Below, one piece after another: positions 55,556 to 64,000 of a DNA stretch of 64,000 nt. The stretch is from Eledone cirrhosa (Eukaryota), in NCBI GenBank assembly GCA_964016885.1, contig OZ024755.1, forward strand, positions 34,534,001 to 34,598,000, read 5' to 3'. Positions within the stretch are counted from its first letter, which is position 1. Each line of letters begins with the position of its first letter. The notes under the pieces are model-generated. The model had not been told where the DNA came from. It searched no databases and saw nothing but the letters and a program-made list of their open reading frames with translations. The position numbers were made by a program, and so were the translations under genes.

Positions 55556-56778
55556 AACAAAGTTAATTTTAACCTGTTGACTTACACTTCTTGTTTTATA
55601 TATATGTGTATAGATAATATGAAGAAGAAGAAAAGTCACAGAATTCAAAATGTCTTGTATTCTCTCTTGCCAGCTAGTGTGATGGCATAGAAAGTTACAA
55701 GCTGAAATACTTGGACACTTGCTCATGGACTTCCCAAGCCTATCTCAATTTTTGATGATTCATGACATGAGGCAGGATATAACACAACACCTAAACAGTT
55801 ACTACAAGCAATCCACTACCTCAACTGGTATTTTATTTATTTGCCACGAAAGAATGAAAATAAATGCAAAGTTAACTAAAATGGGATTTAAAATGAGAGT
55901 GCAGAGAATTGAAACAAATTTGCATCCAGCTAGACTATTTTTTTTATCTGATAATTCTGCCAATTCAACTCCATATATGTACAGCGCATCTCCCTTACCA
56001 TCCTCTGTGGAAACGCCTACTCCATTCTGTCTGCCAGGGCTGTGGGGCGCCCAGCACATCGGACCCCATTTTCTCATAATACAGAGAGATGAGGATGGCG
56101 AGAGAGATGGAGGTGATGACAGTGGATGTTCAGCTCTTCTGTGTTCAGACCTGGTGTATGTTTGGAGAGGGCAAGAGAGATGGAGGCGATGACAGTGGGA
56201 GTTTGCCTCTCCTGAGTTCGGACTTGGTGTGCAGCGTCAGTTGTCCATAAGGAGGTAGTGATTCACATGAATGCTTGTAGAATCTTTTATAATTCTAAAG
56301 TAAATTAAACAGCTACTGTGTAGATAAGAATAAAACATTAAAATGTTTACTAATCAGAACGAACTGAATACCTGTCAACCGATATTGCACTAGACTTTAC
56401 TACTGGCAAGTAAAATCCATTAAACGCCAATAAAATGCTAACCATCTACGCAAACCCTCAAAACATCTGATTAGTAATATTAGCTGGAGAATATCGATCT
56501 TAGTTTTATACAAAATGTATTTAATGATGATTTACACTCTTTCAATGAGGCACAGTGAAATTCAGTTTCAAATTAAATTAATATATATATATACAAACAC
56601 ATACACACATATATATTTATATACATACACACACACACATATATATATACACACACACACACATATATATACATACACAGACATATATATTCATACAAAC
56701 ACATATATATATATACATACACATATATATATACATACACACACACATATATATACATACACACACATATATATACAT

Positions 56779-56825
<47 letters not shown>

Positions 56826-56851
56826 CACACATATATATATATATATAACAT

Positions 56852-56890
<39 letters not shown>

Positions 56891-56960
56891 CACTACCCTA
56901 ATATTGAGTACTCTGGTGCGTTATGGTCCATCTGGTTCCTTACCACACTTCCTTCGTTAT
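56891..56960 (+). mobile_element. Family H1 tail only
   Basis: ttgagtactctggtgcgttatggtccatctggttccttaccacacttccttcgt inside (TA)n. Confidence 0.7.
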
Positions 56961-56992
56961 ATATATAAACACACACACACACGTACATATAT

Positions 56993-58675
56993 ATGTGTCA
57001 GGTAAAAGTACCACGGACGCTCTTTTCCTTGTACGACAACTACAGCAGAAGTACCTAGCTAAAAGTAAACCCCTATACTTAGCTTTTGTTAACTTGGAGA
57101 AAACCTTTGACAGAGTCCCCCATTCCATTATCTGGTGGGCCCTTAGAAAACTAGGAGTAGATGAATGGCTTGTGAGAGCCATACAAGCCATGTATAAAGA
57201 AACAGTCAGTAAGGTTAGAATTAACAACAAATATAGTGAAGAATTTAGTGTAAAAGTTGGTGTTCATCAGGGCTCTGTCCTTAACCCCACCTCCTATTTA
57301 TTATTGCCCTTCAGGCTATAACAAAGGAGTTCAAGACCGGCTACCCATGGGAACCTCTATACGCAGATGATCTAACTCTCATAGCTGAATTGATGACTGA
57401 ACTAGAGAAGAAATTCCAAACATGGAAGCATAGCCTAGAATCAAAAGGCCTTAATGTTAACTTGTCTAAGACTAAAGTTCTAGTATGTAGGAAGGAAAAT
57501 AGGGTACAGGTACCCTCTGGCAAATGGCCATGCTCAGTGTGTAGGAAAGGAGTAGGAAGAAATTCCATATTATGTCCCAAATGCAAACTATGGGTACTAA
57601 AAGATGTACTGGGATCACAGGTAAGCTATCTAAGAATGTAGATTTTATATGTGGCCAGTGCTCAGGTGCAATAAGTAGCAAATACCCACAGGATACTAGC
57701 TCCTTCTATTGCCCAGATGGTTCTATAGAAATAGTGGACACCTTCCGTTACCTGTGTGACCAAATCAGCAGTGGTGGAGAGTGCTCTGAAAGTACAGTAG
57801 CCAGATTCAGAACGGGATAGAAAAAGTTCAGAGAGCTTATACCGCTATTGACCACTAAAGGTTTCTCTCTAAAAATGAAACACAGATTGTATGATGCCTG
57901 TATACGAACAGCAATGTTACATGACAGTGAGACATGGACTTTGTGTGCAGAGGATCTGTGCAGACAGGAGAGGAACGAAGCTTGCATGCTCCATTGGATG
58001 TGTAATAGTAATATACGGGAACGGCAAAGCATAAATGAACTAAGTGAGAAACTAGGAATAAGAGGGATCAGATGCTGTTTACTCGAAAGAAGACTACGTT
58101 GGTATGGTCATGTGATGTGCATGAAAGACGACAGCTGTATAAAAAAGTGCAGGTCGATCACAATTGATGGAAGTTACGGAGTAGGTAGACCCAGAACTAA
58201 GACAATGTCACTGGACTGAGAGCTTTGGCGCTACGCAGTAATACAGAAGACCCGCCTTGACAATGTACAAAGTGAAACCTACAGTCAGTAGGCACCTCTT
58301 AACCAAATATATACCCCATCCCACTATCCCTACTCCACTCCCCCACCCCCACCAACACCACCCTTTCTCTATAAAGTTATGTTGGTACCACAACATCCAG
58401 TTCAAAATAAATGAGGTCGTGTAGGTGTCACGACAAAAATACACACAGCCCACGCTGTGTATGTGGCCGTGTAGGTAACACGGTAAAAACCTCCCAGTTC
58501 CACACTATAAACGTGGTTGGTGTTAGGAAGGGCATCCAGCCATAGAAAACCTGCCAGACAGCCCTATACGAGCGAGACATGGTCACCCAACCAATCTTGC
58601 CTCAAGTAGGGAAAATCCCGTCTAAACCCATGGTAGCGTGGAATATAGACGTTACACGATGATGATGATGATGAT
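56993..58675 (+). mobile_element. 5'-truncated RTE LINE (RT with PHD-like insertion, C-terminus, ~450-bp 3' UTR)
   Basis: GKSTTDALF, FVNLEKTFDRVP, GVHQGSVL, LYADDL, a zinc finger at ~57530-57662, FRYL, RRLRWYGHV and an (ATG)n tail. Several frameshifts and stops. Confidence 0.95.
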
Positions 58676-59489
58676 ATATATATGTATAACAAAACCCTCA
58701 AATAGGGTCTTCTGGTTTAACCTAACTTTTAGCACGAGTGTAGTGTCTAATGTAGTTAAATATTTCCTCTTTGTGATAAAAAAAACAACACTTTACTTTT
58801 AGCTATAGATGCCTCAGTCATTAAAAAAAAATAAAGTAGAAGACAACCATCATTACATGGATAAGCATACAACTTTAATAGCTTAATGCAGCAGAACTAG
58901 GAACATTAGAAATACACCAAGTCAACTATCAGAACATATTTGCTGCAACATTATGCCCTGTCACCTTAATGGCAAAAGACTCGCAACAACTTTAGGGCAT
59001 ATAGCTGAAATAACATCTACAGGTAATGTTGAAATACATTTAAAAGAAGGTATATACCTCATAAATACAAGCTTCAAATCCAGAGATGACATAAAGTTTA
59101 CATCTTTATCCCACTTTTCTTGGAATTTGAAAGGCTGGAAATGACAACAACACCATAATTTGGTTGATAGTAGAAATCCCAACACACTCTAATGGATCAG
59201 AAAAACACAACCTTGGCTTGGATTAAAAAATTTAATATAGCGATAGGATGTAATAATGTGCCATAAAAAAACAAACAGGTAGCATAAAACATAGATACAA
59301 GAGAAAAATAAAACTGCAATTTCACATGAATATGGATTCGAGTAAAAGGATTCTGGTTAGAAAAATTCCTAACAAAATTCTTGAACGAATTGAGAAAATA
59401 TTAATTACTGAAGGACTTAATATTCATCCTAGAAAATAATTATTCTAACTTCAATGGTAATAACTATAGACAAATACCTGGGACTGTAA

Positions 59490-60260
59490 TGCGAGTTTCC
59501 TCAACTAACTCTATCCTTGTTGTGTCATATTCGGGAGCCCTTCTTCTTCGGCCACTTATTCCTGAAAGTGTTGTGGGGGCAGAGTCCTCAAACATTCCTT
59601 CCAGCGAATCCTGTCAGAAGCAACCATCTGCAACTGATCCAGTTGGATCCCCAAGTGACAGCAGCCAAGCTCATGGATGTTATCCAACCATCTTGCTTGG
59701 GGTCTACCCCTGGGTCTCCTACTTTTGGTTTTGCCCGTAAAATCTCTTCAGCAATTCTTTCCCTGAGACATTCTAACCACATGTCCATAGTATCAGAGCT
59801 GTGATCTCTCAATTGGGAGAAGTAGCAGCTCTACCTGGAGTGACTCTCCAGTGATTCTTTCCTGAGACATTCTAACCACATGTCCATAGTAGCAGAGCTG
59901 TGATCTCTCAATTGGGAGAAGTAGCAGCTCTACCTGGAGTGACACTCCAGTGATTCTTTCCTGAGACATTCTAACCACATGTCCATAGTATCAGAGCTGT
60001 GATCTCTCAATTGGGAGAAGTAGCAGCTCTACCTGGAGTGACACTCCAGTGATTCTTTCCTGAGACATTCTAACCACATGTCCATAGTATCAGAGCTGTG
60101 ATCTCTCAATTGGGAGAAGTAGCGGCTCTTCCTGGAGTGACTCTCTGATCACCAAGCTACACACTTTATTGACTAACGTTACTCCAAAGACCCTTTGAAG
60201 GAATCCCATATCGGCTGCTTGTATTCGTGATCATATTCTTTCGGTCAATTCCCAAGATTC
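59490..60260 (-). mobile_element. RTE-like LINE fragment with a 99-bp tandem expansion (4 units, 59752-60146)
   Basis: LLLPIERSQL..YGHVVRMSQERI. The unit recurs at 59763, 59862, 59961 and 60060. Confidence 0.8.
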
Positions 60261-60699
60261 ATCCTATAAAATAATTATTCTAACTTCAATGGTAATATCT
60301 AAAGACAATACCTGGGACTGTGTAGCAAATCAACGTTTCCTCAACCAACTCTATACTTGGTGTGGCATATCTAGGGGGCCGAATATACAAACATTTCAGA
60401 TTAAGGTTTGGCAACAGTTTCCATAAATATTTATTAGACTGGAAATAGTTTCACTGAAGGAGGTAGAGAAGTTCAAGTATCTCTGAGCTGAATTATGTGT
60501 AAGAATTGCAAGAACTGGTGCAGTAATGCGCCAGCTTCAGCATTCAGTAATTAGAAAAAAGGGGGTAGGTGTAAAAGCTAAACTCACTATCTTTAATTTG
60601 GTATTAGTGTCAACTATTACTTATGGTCATGAATCTCAGGTAATGACAACTGGAAATGCTTTCTGGATTATTGTTTTATGATGTGAACATACAACCTCA

Positions 60700-60960
60700 A
60701 TAAATTCCATGGCAGTGTTAAATATACAATGGAATATAGTAACAAGCAACTGTCTCTAAAATTGTCAAGAAGGCCGAGGGTGTCTTAGCATCACTCAGTA
60801 AAACCTTTGTCAGCCACTCTCCAGCTATCTATTTAAGGCTGTATATAGCTATGGTGCGGCCACACTTAGAATTTCCATCTCCAGTCTGAAACCCCTATCT
60901 TGCTCAGAAAATTGACAGGCTGGAAACTGTTCAGAGACGTGCAACCAGGCATCAACCATA
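60700..60960 (+). mobile_element. CR1-like LINE fragment
   Basis: LYIAMVRPHLEF..P.*NPYLAQKIDRLETVQRRATR. Confidence 0.8.
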
Positions 60961-61079
60961 CTCTGTACGTCAATACTCATCTTTTTCTATTTCTCTGAGG
61001 GTTCTAAACCCCACTATCAGGCTAAAAAAAAATGTCTTTAGTCAAAAAAATACGGTGAAAGCTTATATTACTAATTTAT

Positions 61080-61111
<32 letters not shown>

Positions 61112-61177
61112 GTACATACATATAGACATATATATAGACATATATATATAGGCACATATATATATAGGCACATATAT

Positions 61178-61352
61178 ATAGAAAAAAGTTAACCCTGACG
61201 GCAGAGCTCAAGCTGTTTCGAGTCCGTTCTGAGTCCAGAAATAGCCGTCGAAACGGCTTGAGCTCTGCCGTCGGGGTTAAACTTTTTCCTATTACCCACT
61301 AAGTATTGAGTACTCTGGTGCATTATGGTCCCTTCCCACACCTCCTTCGTTA
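61178..61352 (+). mobile_element. Fold-back fragment, family H1
   Basis: Inverted arms with GAAACGGC..GCCGTC-GGGG and an unpaired tail, inside (TA)n. Confidence 0.7.
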
Positions 61353-61371
61353 TATATATATATATATATAT

Positions 61372-61754
61372 ATCATCATCATTTTACGTCTGCTTTTCCC
61401 TGCTTGCAATGGTGGGACAGGAACTGATTCCGGCTTGATTTCTACAGCTGGATGCCCTTCCTAACACCAACCTCATTTACAGTGAGTGCTGGGTGCTTTC
61501 TTTTATGTGACACCTCCACGTCCACTTTACAGTGAGTGCACGGTGCTTTTTTTTTCGTGGCGCCTACACGTCCACTTTACAGTGGAATGATATGGACCCA
61601 GTCCCTATCATCTCATTTCTACAGCTGAGTAAACTGGAGCAATGTGAAATAAAGTGTCTTGCTCAAGGAAACAACACATCACCCAGTCTGAGAATTGAAC
61701 TCACAACCTTTCGATTGCAAGCCCAATTCTCTAACCACTAAGCCATGTACCTCC
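61372..61754 (-). mobile_element. SINE family A
   Basis: Full consensus match. Confidence 0.9.
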
Positions 61755-62773
61755 ATATAAACATATATATATATATAAACACATATATATATAAACACAT
61801 ATATATATATAAACACATATATATATAAACACACATATATATATATACACACATATATATATATAAACACATATATATATATATAAACACATATATATAT
61901 ATAAACACATATATATATATATATAAACACACATACATATATCATCAAAGCCAATGGCAGGTTTATCGAGTGAGGTCAAAAGAACAAGTCATGAAGACAA
62001 ACTGACCCAAGTTTGATAAATATATCTTAAAAAATAAAACTACTGTGTTAATTTTTCCTAGACAGTAATCTTGCGAACAAATATCGTCCGCACCCTGTAT
62101 ATATATATACTAAATATATATACTATATATATATTTAGTATATATATTTAGTATATATATTGTATATTTACTCCACTAATCTGTTGAGTGCTTTATATCA
62201 GTTATAAAAATGTTTAAGCTTGTTGAATCCCAATAAATTAAATATAATCTCTGCATATATATATATATATAGACACATGTATATTTATATGTATATCTAT
62301 ATACATGTCTATATATATATATATATATATATATGTTTATATATATATGTATATGTTTATATATATGTAGATATATGTATATATTTATATAAACAGTCAC
62401 AGCATGTATATTACAACACTGATAAGGATGTAAAGTCATGTTTTATGCTTCAAATACAAAATTTATTCCATATTAATATTTAATACGAGAATTTCACAAC
62501 TTTGAATTCGACATTTTCTTCTCTTTTGGTTTCAATAATCTTTCCAGAATGTTTGTTGTTAGAATTCTTTTTGATCTACTTCATGTGTGTTTGTGTAAAT
62601 GTATATACACACACACACACACACGTATGTATGTATGTATATATGTATGTATACATGTATGTATACATGAATGTGTATATATATGCTTATGATTATTTAT
62701 GCTAGTATGGAAAATGGATGTTAAACGATGGTGATGATATATATATATATATATATATTTATATACATACAGT

Positions 62774-63170
62774 GGAGGCACATGGCTTAGTGGTTAGAGC
62801 ATTGGCCTTGCAATTGAAAGGTTGTGAGTTCAATTCTCAGACCGGGTGATGTGTTGTTTCCTTGAGCAAGACACTTTATTTCACATTGATCCAGTTTACT
62901 CAGCTGTAGAAATGAGATGATAGGGACTGGGGTCCATATCATTCCACTGTAGAGTGGTCGTGGAGGTGCCACGGCAAAAAAGCACCCAGCACTCACTGTA
63001 AAGTGGACGTGTAGGCACCACGGAAAAAAAAGCACCCAGCACTCACTGTAAATGAGGTTGGTGTTAGGAAGGGCATCCAGCTGTAGAAATCAAGCCAGAA
63101 TCAGTTCCCGTCCCACGCTTGCAAGCAGGGAAAAGTGGACGTAAAATGAAATGATGATGATGATGATGAC
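62774..63170 (+). mobile_element. SINE family A
   Basis: Full consensus match with an (ATG)n tail. Confidence 0.9.
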
Positions 63171-63272
63171 ATATATAAACATCAGTTGATTTAAGATCTA
63201 TTGGGAAAATTTGGAATATGTGCAACTCAATGCAAATGACCATAATGATAGTAGTCAATCACTGTAAATAAT

Positions 63273-63463
63273 TGTTTCTACTTTTGGCACAAGGCCATCA
63301 ATTACCCAGTACATTACTGGTACTTTATTTTATCGACCCCGTAAGGATGAAAGGCAAAGTTAACCTCGGCGGGATTTGAACTCAGACTGTAAAGGGAGGA
63401 CGTAACTATGCTGGAAAGCATGGTGTCCGACTCTCTACCGATACTGCCAATCCACACCCGTTG
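63273..63463 (-). mobile_element. SINE-B with 15-bp TSD
   Basis: ATCACTGTAAATAAT at 63258-63272 and 63464-63478. A further plus-strand copy lies at ~63561-63715. Confidence 0.88.
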
Positions 63464-64000
63464 ATCACTGTAAATAATATTAGAGAAAATCAAGTAAGTA
63501 ACCCTAGTAAGAGGAAAAATTGGACAGGGGTACTTTATTCAATTTTTATAAAATATTTATAGCTTTGCAGCATAAAGTTACGGCCCTTTTCGGTCCAAGT
63601 TCAAATTCCACCGAGGTTAACTTTGACTTTCATGCTTACAGGGTTGATAAAATAAAGTACCAGTAATGCACTGGGATACTTGTTGTCCTTGTGCCAAAAG
63701 TAGAAACAATTATTATGGTCACCCAGTGATTATTATCCATGCATATAATATGTCTATACCAGCACAGTCTTCTCTCTTGCAGACACCAGATTCCTCTTAT
63801 ACTCATTCAGTTCGTCCAAGCTTCGTCATTCATGCACAATAACATTGCATATCCATTAGAGCATGCTTGTTTTAATGGCTCTAGTCAAAATTTGATGATC
63901 TGCCATCAAGTCTGGTTGATGCTATAGCAGAAATGAGAGATAGCTAGCTTAACGTTGTTAGTTTTATAGGGTTCTGACCAAAAGTTACAGAAAGGGTTCT

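Noticed and set aside
55719-56192. 157-aa ORF
   Set aside because: No recognisable domain. Its 3' half overlaps repeat-derived sequence, and an in-frame TGA follows the best splice acceptor.

Overview
AT-rich, repeat-saturated eukaryotic DNA, most likely from a coleoid cephalopod (Octopus). That assignment is inferred from the SINE/RTE repertoire and the very large microsatellites. No intact protein-coding gene is supported, and most ORFs in the track are microsatellite artefacts. The window holds a decayed autonomous Helitron (Rep + PIF1 helicase), non-autonomous Helitrons, many RTE/CR1 LINE fragments (the main RTE family has a PHD-type C4HC3 finger inside its RT), two tRNA-derived SINE families, and a TTAA/piggyBac-type MITE that grows a 72-bp internal minisatellite. 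The main hidden signal is a dense set of type I hammerhead ribozyme motifs: 7 with an intact CUGAUGA/GAAA core, a family with a compensatory U3-A8 core, a U4C-core family, and several decayed or half copies. They sit in short non-coding elements in or next to (TA)n tracts, which are often asymmetric fold-backs and share a TGAGTRCT motif in their unpaired tail. This fits several families of Penelope-like pLTR/retrozyme-like elements. All RNA structures were paired by eye and none was computed.
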